Virus record (IMG/VR): IMGVR_UViG_3300042544_002864
Location: 1,784 to 65,783 of that record
Strand: one strand, 5' to 3'
Source: a virus
Taxonomy: Duplodnaviria > Caudoviricetes
Length of the DNA stretch: 64,000 bases
Positions 38,873 to 47,618 of this stretch are shown one piece after another. The translations under genes were made by a program, and so were the position numbers. Each line of letters begins with the position of its first letter. The stretch's first letter is position 1. Under the pieces are notes generated by a model. That model did no database searches. It saw nothing but the letters and a program-made list of their open reading frames with translations, and had not been told where the DNA came from.

Positions 38873-40483
38873 TTAAAGGTTAATTTTGGTAATTTTATAA
38901 GGATATCCTCTTTTTATATAGAACTTTTCTCTTTCCTTAAAATGTCTAAAAAGAATATTTGACATTTCTTTACTTGAAAAAACATCAACTAGGTCAAAAA
39001 TATTTGCCTTCTTTTTATCATCGTGTAAACGAAGAGCTCGACCAATCGATTGTATGATAATCTGTTCAGATTTAAATGAATCAGCAAATATAACATTAAA
39101 GATTGCGTTAATAGAAACTCCCGTTGATAAAGTACCATAAGAAGCTATCAAAACTTTTACCTTACCATCGGTGTTTTCCATCTCTTTTTTAATAACCTCT
39201 CTCTTTTTGCCACTGACTTCACCATCAATATAATAAAAATCTCTATTAGGTAACTCTTCTTTTAGCTTATTAAATATCTTCTGACCATATTCAATTGTGT
39301 GGAATAATAGTAGGGTATTTGAATCACACTTATCTACAATCTTTTTTATAAAATCTAATCTCTTATCTGATATATGTATATACTCTTTTTCTAAGTCAAA
39401 GGCATTTTTACCATTACCTCCTCTTCTAATCTCAGTCATTCTACCATCAAACTCTAAGTCCTCATGATTCATGATTACAACTTTAACATCCATTGGTGTG
39501 ATAATACCTTTCTCTTTTAATTCATTTGCAGACACCTCAGTTATCTTTGGTCCTAGTACAGATTGAATTGTTAGTATCTCACAAGTATCTTCTTCAGGAA
39601 ATGTACCAGATACTCCAAATCGTGAGTAAGCACTTCCGAATGTATGATTTAATATTGTAGTTATTGTTTTAGCTTTAGCCCCATGTGCTTCATCGGTTAC
39701 AACCGTGTGAAACTGCTTGAAGAATTCTTTTGGCCATTTTTCTAAAGATTGATATGTTCCGATATAAACATTCGCATCTAAAGTACCAGACCATTTACGA
39801 GGTCTTTCAGACATTACTTCCTCAATTCTAATATCACAAGGTAAATGAGAATCATTTAGAATATGGTCTAACTTCTTTTCTCTCATTTCTAATATGTTAT
39901 TAACACCCATATTATATTCTAAGATGTTATCATAGAACTGAGTAACCAACGTAATAGATGGAACTATTATTAGAAACTTTGCTTTAGGATCTATATTTCT
40001 CAATGTGTAAAAAATAACAATTGATATTATTAAAGACTTACCACCTGATGTAGCAACTTCAGCCATACAATATCTATTCTTTAGAATTTTATAAGCGGCT
40101 TCAATTTGATGGTCATATGGTGTAAATGGAACCCACTCACCTGATTTAGTTCTTACTTTATGAGTTTTGAAATAATCAGTACAGAAATCTCTAACACCTT
40201 GTAAAGTAACATCTCTATTAAGTGGAAACTCATCTTTGTTTTCCAACACAAAGCTAGTTTCAATTTCTTTACAACCTCTCATAGCTTCTTTCCAAAGTCC
40301 TAGGTTGATTCTTCCATTTTTAAAATATGATTGTTGTCCATTCCAAACACCCATCTTAAAAGCAGGCATATATCTATAACCCTTTACATGACGGGTTAAC
40401 CATAGACTAACTTGATGATATTCTATTCTTGTAGCCTCTGATACAACTAATTCTTCAGTTTCTTTATCATATCTAAATTTCAT
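38873..40483 (-). CDS. uvsW: UvsW-like SF2 DNA helicase
   Basis: PYDHQ, ATSGGKS, IIVPSITLV.Q, TDEAH, GVSGT, STGVSI, QSIGRALR. Confidence 0.9.
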   Translation of the reverse strand: MKFRYDKETEELVVSEATRIEYHQVSLWLTRHVKGYRYMPAFKMGVWNGQQSYFKNGRINLGLWKEAMRGCKEIETSFVLENKDEFPLNRDVTLQGVRDFCTDYFKTHKVRTKSGEWVPFTPYDHQIEAAYKILKNRYCMAEVATSGGKSLIISIVIFYTLRNIDPKAKFLIIVPSITLVTQFYDNILEYNMGVNNILEMREKKLDHILNDSHLPCDIRIEEVMSERPRKWSGTLDANVYIGTYQSLEKWPKEFFKQFHTVVTDEAHGAKAKTITTILNHTFGSAYSRFGVSGTFPEEDTCEILTIQSVLGPKITEVSANELKEKGIITPMDVKVVIMNHEDLEFDGRMTEIRRGGNGKNAFDLEKEYIHISDKRLDFIKKIVDKCDSNTLLLFHTIEYGQKIFNKLKEELPNRDFYYIDGEVSGKKREVIKKEMENTDGKVKVLIASYGTLSTGVSINAIFNVIFADSFKSEQIIIQSIGRALRLHDDKKKANIFDLVDVFSSKEMSNILFRHFKEREKFYIKRGYPYKITKINL

Positions 40484-40603
40484 CTTATTATTATATATAA
40501 AATAAAGACATATGTTTAAATATTGAAAAATTTGAGGTTTTTTTGAGGTTTTTTATGGAGGGAGATTAAAGAAGTGTATATATAATAAAAAATAAGTTAA
40601 ATC

Positions 40604-40966
40604 ATGAGTATAAGATCATTTTTTAGAGGATTGTTTGGTTCATCAGAAAAAGCAGTTGAAGTTTCAACACCAGTGGTTGTAGTAGAAGAAAAAGTAGCAC
40701 CTAAAGAGATAGATGCTGAAAAAGCTAAAGCTGCAATTGAACAAAGACTGAAAGAAATTTCTGAAGAAAAGAAATCCGAAGAAAAGAAAGCTGAAGAAAA
40801 GAAAGTAACAGCTAAAGAAATCAAAGCTAAAGTTAAAAAGGCACCTGAGACTAAGGTAGAACAACCAGCTAAAGTTAAACCAGCTAAAGCATCTCAACCA
40901 GCTAAACAAACTGAGAAGAAGACTGAAAATAAACCAAGACCTTCTCGTAAGAAAACTGATAAATAA
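40604..40966 (+). CDS. Lys/Ala/Glu-rich low-complexity protein (histone-like tail)
   Basis: EEKK repeats and KPAK repeats; followed by terminator. Confidence 0.6.
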   Translation: MSIRSFFRGLFGSSEKAVEVSTPVVVVEEKVAPKEIDAEKAKAAIEQRLKEISEEKKSEEKKAEEKKVTAKEIKAKVKKAPETKVEQPAKVKPAKASQPAKQTEKKTENKPRPSRKKTDK

Positions 40967-40983
40967 TCAGAATAAAAGCTTAT

Positions 40984-41017
40984 AAAAAAACTCACTTAAA
41001 ATTAAGTGAGTTTTTTT
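40984..41017. terminator. Bidirectional intrinsic terminator
   Basis: aaaaaaactcactta-aaat-taagtgagttttttt. Confidence 0.8.
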
Positions 41018-41020
41018 ATG

Positions 41021-42766
41021 CTATGCAAGGTCATTTTTGAAAGCATCTTTTCCAATATACTCTCTATGCCAAGGCTCGTGACCGGCACCGGCTCCTTTTG
41101 CCCATCCTGGATTAACCCATCCATATTTTCCACCAATTTGTTCTAAGAAGTCAAATTTTGCACTTCCTTTATCACCCATATTACTTGTGTCTATAGCTAA
41201 TCCCCATCCGTGTTGACTTGTTCCAGGCTTAGCAGCAGCAGTTCCTCCATTGGTTCCTATTTTTCTAGCTTTACCGGTTCTATCATAGTGATCCCAATCA
41301 AAAATTGAATTTTGAACATCAAAAGATCTATTACCACCACTCATTGCAATATCAACACCAAACTTAGCTTTGAATTCTTTATTCATAGCATTTAATTGTT
41401 TAGCAGCATGTTTTTCAAGTTTGATACTAGAAAAATCAAGCTTAGCAATCAAGTTAGCGGGTAATTCACCATTATAAACGGTTGTTCCATTAACAACCAT
41501 TTTTTTCTGAAATCTTCTAATTCCACCACCTCCACCTGGAGATGTCTTCAAAGCTGGTCCATTCAAATCTACAGTAGAACCAGATGAGGATGGTGTGTCA
41601 GTACCAGTCTCACCATCTTCACTACTAAGTTGTAATAAGAATTTTATTTCTGCTTCATCTTCTATAGAAATTGGAGACTCTTGATACTCTGGATCAAGTT
41701 CAACATCTTCATCTATTTCATCATTATTAATATTCTCTTCTGGTGGTGTATAGATTTTATTAACATGTACAGAAAAGTCTGGAAGATTTTCACCGGCTTT
41801 TAACTGAATAGTATCAGGTAATCCTACTAAAAATAATTTAGTTTTATCTGAAGATTGACTAGCTCCTGTTGGTGCTAAATCCTTTGCCGCACTATCATCC
41901 GTAGTTACAGGTTTAGGTTCTCCATTAAAATCAACATATCGGATTAATTTACAATATTCAGTATCTGGATCACATAGTGCTAATTTACTATCGGAAGTTC
42001 CATCAAAACTACTAATTTGTGATTGTAAATTTGTTATAACACTTTTTATAAGATCACTATCTCGTGATGTTCCACTATGTCTTAACCTATCAGAATATTT
42101 AATATCCAAACCAATTTTACCATCTTTTCCTTGATATCTACTATATGCAAATTTATCAGTTGCCGCATCTGATTGATCTCTCAAATCAGCAGGTAATCCT
42201 TCAGTTCCATTTCCTTTAGTATATGGAAAATAATTAACTAGCTTCTCGATATAACCACTAGCGTTGTCATATTTAGATCCCTTTGAAAAAGCGTTTTCCA
42301 ACCATTCTATATGAATTTGAGAACCATCATTTAAATAATAATAAGTGAATCCATAGTTTCTTGATGTAGGTGGTGAATCCTTCCAAGGATTTTGTAAAAT
42401 CATTTTATTTTCAACAAGATTATCACTAATACTGAAAATCGAAAAATATCGATATCCAATATCAGATGCTCGATTTCTTAGTAAAAAAAGAGCACCTTTT
42501 ATAACCTCATCGTCTGACATCGATCGATCTACTTTTTCAAATTTGTAATCATCTCCAATATCCGGAAAATATGTATTGGGTGACTTTAAAACAGCATACT
42601 TTCGTTTACCTTTCTGATAAACATCTAATCTCGCACTAGTTTCACTATTTCTAATTCGACCTGTAGTATCAGATGGATATCTAGTACCTTCTTCTAATTC
42701 TCTTTGTGAGGCACTTGGATCTGGCTGAACTATTCTAACTGATTTTAACAATTCTTCATCTGCCAT
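41021..42766 (-). CDS. Virion protein with C-terminal M15 (VanY-like D,D-/L,D-peptidase) domain
   Basis: RSFDVQ, AAKPGTSQHGWGLAID (SxHxxGxAxD), EPWH. Confidence 0.8.
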   Translation of the reverse strand: MADEELLKSVRIVQPDPSASQRELEEGTRYPSDTTGRIRNSETSARLDVYQKGKRKYAVLKSPNTYFPDIGDDYKFEKVDRSMSDDEVIKGALFLLRNRASDIGYRYFSIFSISDNLVENKMILQNPWKDSPPTSRNYGFTYYYLNDGSQIHIEWLENAFSKGSKYDNASGYIEKLVNYFPYTKGNGTEGLPADLRDQSDAATDKFAYSRYQGKDGKIGLDIKYSDRLRHSGTSRDSDLIKSVITNLQSQISSFDGTSDSKLALCDPDTEYCKLIRYVDFNGEPKPVTTDDSAAKDLAPTGASQSSDKTKLFLVGLPDTIQLKAGENLPDFSVHVNKIYTPPEENINNDEIDEDVELDPEYQESPISIEDEAEIKFLLQLSSEDGETGTDTPSSSGSTVDLNGPALKTSPGGGGGIRRFQKKMVVNGTTVYNGELPANLIAKLDFSSIKLEKHAAKQLNAMNKEFKAKFGVDIAMSGGNRSFDVQNSIFDWDHYDRTGKARKIGTNGGTAAAKPGTSQHGWGLAIDTSNMGDKGSAKFDFLEQIGGKYGWVNPGWAKGAGAGHEPWHREYIGKDAFKNDLA

Positions 42767-42776
42767 ATAATATTAT

Positions 42777-43265
42777 TTAATTTTTAGAAACACCACCAAC
42801 TACTATACTTTGACCCTCTAATCTAACAGGAGCTTGTGGTGTATTTAAAACAACCGGTGGTAAAGAATATCCGTTCTCTACATACTTACTTCTATTATTA
42901 TCTTTTCTGGTTGTTTTATTAGGAACAGCTAATTTCTTTTTAACTTGAGAAGTTGAATTCTTTTGATTAACCAAAATTCTATATGAGTCCAATTGAGAAG
43001 ATGGTGGGTAATATAACTTTTGACCAGTATAAATATTTAAAGGATTATCTAAATCATTTATAAAGCATATTATGTCAATATTCTCAAGAACCGTTCTATC
43101 CTCATCATAAATTGATAACATAACCAAGTCAATTCTCATCTCTTCCCCTTTTTGAACAATATATTCGTTCAAATCTGAAGAAAGATTTCTTAGTATTTGT
43201 GGGTTAAAAAGATCATAGAAACCACTTCTTGGTTTTCTAAGTAAAGTCAGAGATTTAATATCCAT
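42777..43265 (-). CDS. Baseplate wedge protein (gp53/LysM-like)
   Basis: YIVQKGEEMRIDLV...IY...IICFINDLDNPLNI..GQKL..P. Confidence 0.65.
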   Translation of the reverse strand: MDIKSLTLLRKPRSGFYDLFNPQILRNLSSDLNEYIVQKGEEMRIDLVMLSIYDEDRTVLENIDIICFINDLDNPLNIYTGQKLYYPPSSQLDSYRILVNQKNSTSQVKKKLAVPNKTTRKDNNRSKYVENGYSLPPVVLNTPQAPVRLEGQSIVVGGVSKN

Positions 43266-43279
43266 AATATTTTTATTTT

Positions 43280-45223
43280 TTAAGTTGTTGTTGTTGTTGT
43301 TGGACCCGTAGCTGGTAGAGTACTATTAGCATCACTAATAGTTGGATTAGTATTTGAAGCATTTCCACCACCTTGACTAAAACCGGTCGCTTCTGATGCA
43401 GAAGCTGAAATTGGTTTAACTCCACCATCAGCTGTACTTTGTGTGTTACCAGATGGTAAAGGATTTTGTAGATTATTATTAGTGTTGGTTGGGCCACCAG
43501 TTCCACCAATATTTGATGCACTACCACCACCACTTGCAGTACCTGAAACAGTTCCAACATCAGGTGGAACAGATGCCTCACCAGGTAAGACACCAATAGG
43601 TTCTGTATATGATTTACCATCTTTTGTTGTAATTTGACTAGTTTCATAATATGTCTTTTGAACATCTATAGATCTTAAATATCCACTATTGAACTTACCC
43701 ATTATCTCTTGCATACCTAAAGCTCTAGCGTTTTCTAAAGTAAACTCAACAGTTATTGAAGATGGTAAATCATTAAAGGCCAATTGTGGACCAAGTTTAA
43801 GACTCACACTTTTTGTTAACATATCACCTGAACAAAATATTGGTCTCATTGGATTACCAATTGTAAGGTGCCAAGGAGCTGAAGGTAGTCCAGCTAAGGC
43901 ATTTACGATACCAATTATTTTAACTCTATATTTTTGTATCAAACCTTCAGATACATCTCCTAATACTTTACTGATTGAACCTAATATTTTCTCACTTGCT
44001 GTTTTTTCTTCTTTTGCTGCAGCGTATGGATCAACCGGTGGTGGTGGATCTGCTTTTTGTTCCTCTTCAGCTGCTGTAGCTTTATCAGCTAATGCTTTAG
44101 CATCTTGAAATATCTCTTCAATCTTTTTAGTAACCTCAGCAACGATACCAGATATAGCATTTTTAATACTTGAGAAAACTTCTTTTAAAAGTGATTGTGG
44201 ATTATTTGCCCATCTGATTAATTTTGCAGAAACAGACTTACTTAGTCCATAAGTTTCACTTTCTGATGTTCCAAATCTTAAAATAGTTCCAATTAAATCC
44301 ATCCAAACAATGGTTGGATCAATTCCTGAAATATACTTCAATTCATACTCACATAACATTTTAACTTGAACTGTACAAGTCAAACCAGAACCAGCCTCGC
44401 TATATCCAACTGTTTTCCTCATTTTAGCTTGTTTAATTAAGTTTGGATTACCAGCTGGTATCATATTCGCTGAATTTGATTCTATTAAACCCAATGATGC
44501 CAAGAATTGTCTTTGGAATATTTCAGTAAAACCAGGAAGTGGAACAACATTTCCCGCAGCTCCACCTATTCCTCCTAAATTACCAATTCCTAAATCCTCA
44601 CCTAAACCACTAAGAACTCCTTTAAAATCAGCCTCAGCTTCCATCCATTCCTCACCAAAAGATATGTTTAGAAAGTCCTCAGATTCTGGAACCCACGTAA
44701 TTAAAGTAGCCAATGATCCAATTTCACTTGGTTTTTTCTTAATCATTATATTATCACCGGTTGGTGATGCAAATCTTCTAGCCACCATTAGTCTGTTATT
44801 TGGATAAACACCAACATTCTTTAAGTAAGCGAAATCCGATGGTTTTAATTGCCCTTTTGTGTTTGCTAATTTTTCAATTATATTTAAAACTGAAGTGTCA
44901 TAGACAGAATCAGAGTGAAGTGTTTGTTGAGTATAGACTTCAGATCCTCTTACTGCATTTGCTCCGGTCACATCTGGATATTCTTCACCACTTGGCTTAC
45001 CGTCTACAGTATCTTGTACAGGTGCTAGAGCTTTTATATCGGCCCACGCTCTTATTCTTCTTTTACCAGTAAATAGTGTACCAGCAGCTGACTTATTATA
45101 GTCTTGTACCCTAACATTTCTGGATTTATCAATATTAAATGATGTGTATCCATCAGGTGTGGGAGCACTTCTTACTCCTATTATACCTAATGGGGAACCT
45201 CCTAGTATAGATCTATAAGCCAT
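43280..45223 (-). CDS. Putative tail-tube initiator/baseplate protein
   Basis: PWHLTIGNPMRPIFCSGDM...LGPQLAFNDLP..I.VEFTL pattern; TAATATATA 45243-45251; tail cluster. Confidence 0.5.
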   Translation of the reverse strand: MAYRSILGGSPLGIIGVRSAPTPDGYTSFNIDKSRNVRVQDYNKSAAGTLFTGKRRIRAWADIKALAPVQDTVDGKPSGEEYPDVTGANAVRGSEVYTQQTLHSDSVYDTSVLNIIEKLANTKGQLKPSDFAYLKNVGVYPNNRLMVARRFASPTGDNIMIKKKPSEIGSLATLITWVPESEDFLNISFGEEWMEAEADFKGVLSGLGEDLGIGNLGGIGGAAGNVVPLPGFTEIFQRQFLASLGLIESNSANMIPAGNPNLIKQAKMRKTVGYSEAGSGLTCTVQVKMLCEYELKYISGIDPTIVWMDLIGTILRFGTSESETYGLSKSVSAKLIRWANNPQSLLKEVFSSIKNAISGIVAEVTKKIEEIFQDAKALADKATAAEEEQKADPPPPVDPYAAAKEEKTASEKILGSISKVLGDVSEGLIQKYRVKIIGIVNALAGLPSAPWHLTIGNPMRPIFCSGDMLTKSVSLKLGPQLAFNDLPSSITVEFTLENARALGMQEIMGKFNSGYLRSIDVQKTYYETSQITTKDGKSYTEPIGVLPGEASVPPDVGTVSGTASGGGSASNIGGTGGPTNTNNNLQNPLPSGNTQSTADGGVKPISASASEATGFSQGGGNASNTNPTISDANSTLPATGPTTTTTT

Positions 45224-45276
45224 GTAATAATTTAATTTTTATTATATATTAAACTACCATCAATCTGTATATAAAT

Positions 45277-45666
45277 TTAATAGTCTCTTATTATTTGTGA
45301 GTTTGAAAATTTGGAAAGATTTGAAAAAACATCATCGATTATTTCTGGGCTTTTTCGGAATTCATTATAGAATATTAATACATTGAAATTATTTTCACCA
45401 AGTATCTTTTTTAAGTTTAATAGTTTCTCTATTGAGAATTCATTATCAAAGTCTGGTATGTAATAAATATCCTTCTTTTTATCGATAGCTTGTTGTATCT
45501 TATTAAAGATTATTACTTTGAGATACATTTTATCATCATCAAAATTAACCTCTTCTTCTTCCATTATCTTTTTAATATCGATAATATACTTATTTTTTAT
45601 ACGGTTAACCTTGATGAACTTGTCAACTTTCTTTCTCGTTTTACAATACACACAGAAAAATTCCAC
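45277..45666 (-). CDS. Hypothetical protein
   Basis: 129-aa ORF, GTG start. Confidence 0.55.
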   Translation of the reverse strand: MEFFCVYCKTRKKVDKFIKVNRIKNKYIIDIKKIMEEEEVNFDDDKMYLKVIIFNKIQQAIDKKKDIYYIPDFDNEFSIEKLLNLKKILGENNFNVLIFYNEFRKSPEIIDDVFSNLSKFSNSQIIRDY

Positions 45667-45779
45667 TTATCGATATAATTTTTTTTAACTTTCAAAATAT
45701 ATATAAAACAACATATTTTCCCTATAGCTTTTTATTCATACTATTTAATTTTGAGAAGAGAAGTTTAATATATAATAAC

Positions 45780-47174
45780 ATGAAGAAGTATTCAGATAAA
45801 TTTCTTAATCAGTCAAATAAACTTAAATTTGCTAAAATTGGGTTTGAATTTGAGTTTTATATGAAAGACCTGTCTTATTATAAGACATTAGAACTATTAA
45901 ACATTGAACTAGCTCCTGTAAAAGTTTGGGGGTTTAGACAATATCACTCAGATTTCAAACCAGATGAGAAAAATTTCAAAATAGAACCTGATTTATCAGG
46001 AGGTTCTAACATGGTCGAGTTAGTAACTGGACCACTTGATTATTATGATGCTAAATACTATTTAGTTAAAATAATAAAATTTATACAAACTTACGGATAT
46101 ACAAATGAGAAATCATCTGTACATTTTAACTTATCATTTAATAATGAAGATAAAAACTTAAATGATTTAAATATATTAAAGTTAATATTAAATACAGATG
46201 AGGATGAGATTTATAGAATTTTTCCATCTAGAAAAAGTAATGTATATGCTAAATCTATAAAGAAAATTATTCCATATAAAGAATATGACTTCTTTAATAT
46301 ACCTATTAGTGTTGTTAAAAACAATCTAAGATTACCAAGTGATAAATACTATGGTATTAATTTCTTAAATATCAATAATGATAAAGAAAGTCAAAGACTT
46401 GAATTTAGATATGTCGGTGGAAAGGATTACGAAAGTAATATAGGCAATCTAATCTATTTTATGGATAGATTTATAATAACGGTATTTGATTCTATTGATA
46501 CTGACTTTAATTCGGAAGATGTTAACAAGTTAGAAGAATACTTAGAAAAAAATATCTCACTATTTAAGAACTTTTCCAAATATGATAACTTTATAGTTGA
46601 TTTTCCTACTATTCAATTACAAATTGACCAAGTTGGTAACTATGATTTAATATCAGCATACTATCCGAATATTTATACTAAATTATATAACTTAATAGAC
46701 GCAACAAGTGGTCTAAAAGAATGTATTGTAAATTATGTAACATCTACACAAACAATGGAAGTTGTTGATGCTGAAATTAAAAACACATCCACTATTAAAG
46801 GATATGATTTAATCAATTGTAGATGTGAAGGTATCTATGAGAATTGTTTCTTCATAGGATGTGAAGTAGATAATGCTCAAATGACTAAATCTAAATTACA
46901 ACAATCTTCAGTTGTTAACTCAAAGGTTTTAAATTGTAAAGTTGAATCTACTGACTTAACAAATTGTTACTTTATGGATGGTTATTTAAATGGTGATATG
47001 ATGGGTGGTGTATTTAGATCGGGTAGATTAGGACCTTATGCAACATTAGATTCAGAGGTTAAAGTTGTTACTGATAATGAAAATTTCTTTGATACTAAAT
47101 TTGATACCGAGACAAAAGGAGATTCAAAAGGAAATATAAAAGGATATGGGAAAACTCCATTTGGTAAGAAATAA
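45780..47174 (+). CDS. Putative amidoligase (COOH-NH2 ligase type 2) with C-terminal beta-helix-like repeats
   Basis: KIGFEFEF, EPDLS, VELVTGP, SSVHFNLS, KYYGINF, LEFRY; TAATATATA 45766-45774. Confidence 0.7.
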   Translation: MKKYSDKFLNQSNKLKFAKIGFEFEFYMKDLSYYKTLELLNIELAPVKVWGFRQYHSDFKPDEKNFKIEPDLSGGSNMVELVTGPLDYYDAKYYLVKIIKFIQTYGYTNEKSSVHFNLSFNNEDKNLNDLNILKLILNTDEDEIYRIFPSRKSNVYAKSIKKIIPYKEYDFFNIPISVVKNNLRLPSDKYYGINFLNINNDKESQRLEFRYVGGKDYESNIGNLIYFMDRFIITVFDSIDTDFNSEDVNKLEEYLEKNISLFKNFSKYDNFIVDFPTIQLQIDQVGNYDLISAYYPNIYTKLYNLIDATSGLKECIVNYVTSTQTMEVVDAEIKNTSTIKGYDLINCRCEGIYENCFFIGCEVDNAQMTKSKLQQSSVVNSKVLNCKVESTDLTNCYFMDGYLNGDMMGGVFRSGRLGPYATLDSEVKVVTDNENFFDTKFDTETKGDSKGNIKGYGKTPFGKK

Positions 47175-47617
47175 TGAAGTATCTAAAAAAGTTTGAAAGT
47201 AGTGATGATAAACTTCAATTTGGAGTAACACCTGAAGATATCAAATATCTATTTACTGATATATCTGATAATGGTTGGAGAGTAGATGTTAGATTTTTAA
47301 AGAAACTAATTGACTTCAAAAAACATAGTGGTGATGTTAATTTTGAACATGATTCAGATTTAAAACTAGGATTAATTCCTTATATACAAGTTTCAATTAG
47401 TAAACCAACTCCATTTGAAGATAGATTTAAACGTTCGAAATGGCAAGAATCTCAAGAGTTACAATCATTTATAGAATCAAATGAATTTAAAGAGATAATT
47501 GAAGTTGCTTCTTTAAGATTAGATGAATCTGAACTTTATATACAAAAACAATCGTATGTAAATAATGCGTTTAATATATTAATATATAGAAAAACAGACG
47601 AAAATTATATAAAATAA
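47174..47617 (+). CDS. Tagged hypothetical protein
   Basis: MKYLKKFESS start. Confidence 0.65.
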   Translation: MKYLKKFESSDDKLQFGVTPEDIKYLFTDISDNGWRVDVRFLKKLIDFKKHSGDVNFEHDSDLKLGLIPYIQVSISKPTPFEDRFKRSKWQESQELQSFIESNEFKEIIEVASLRLDESELYIQKQSYVNNAFNILIYRKTDENYIK

Positions 47618-47618
47618 T

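Noticed and set aside
40531-40553. Short tandem tttgaggtttt repeat between uvsW and the K-rich gene
   Set aside because: Only two copies of ~11 bp; could be an operator or origin element but there is too little evidence
45277-45666. Degenerate P-loop kinase
   Set aside because: Overall pattern is vaguely similar but there is no Walker A motif; cannot be supported without a profile search
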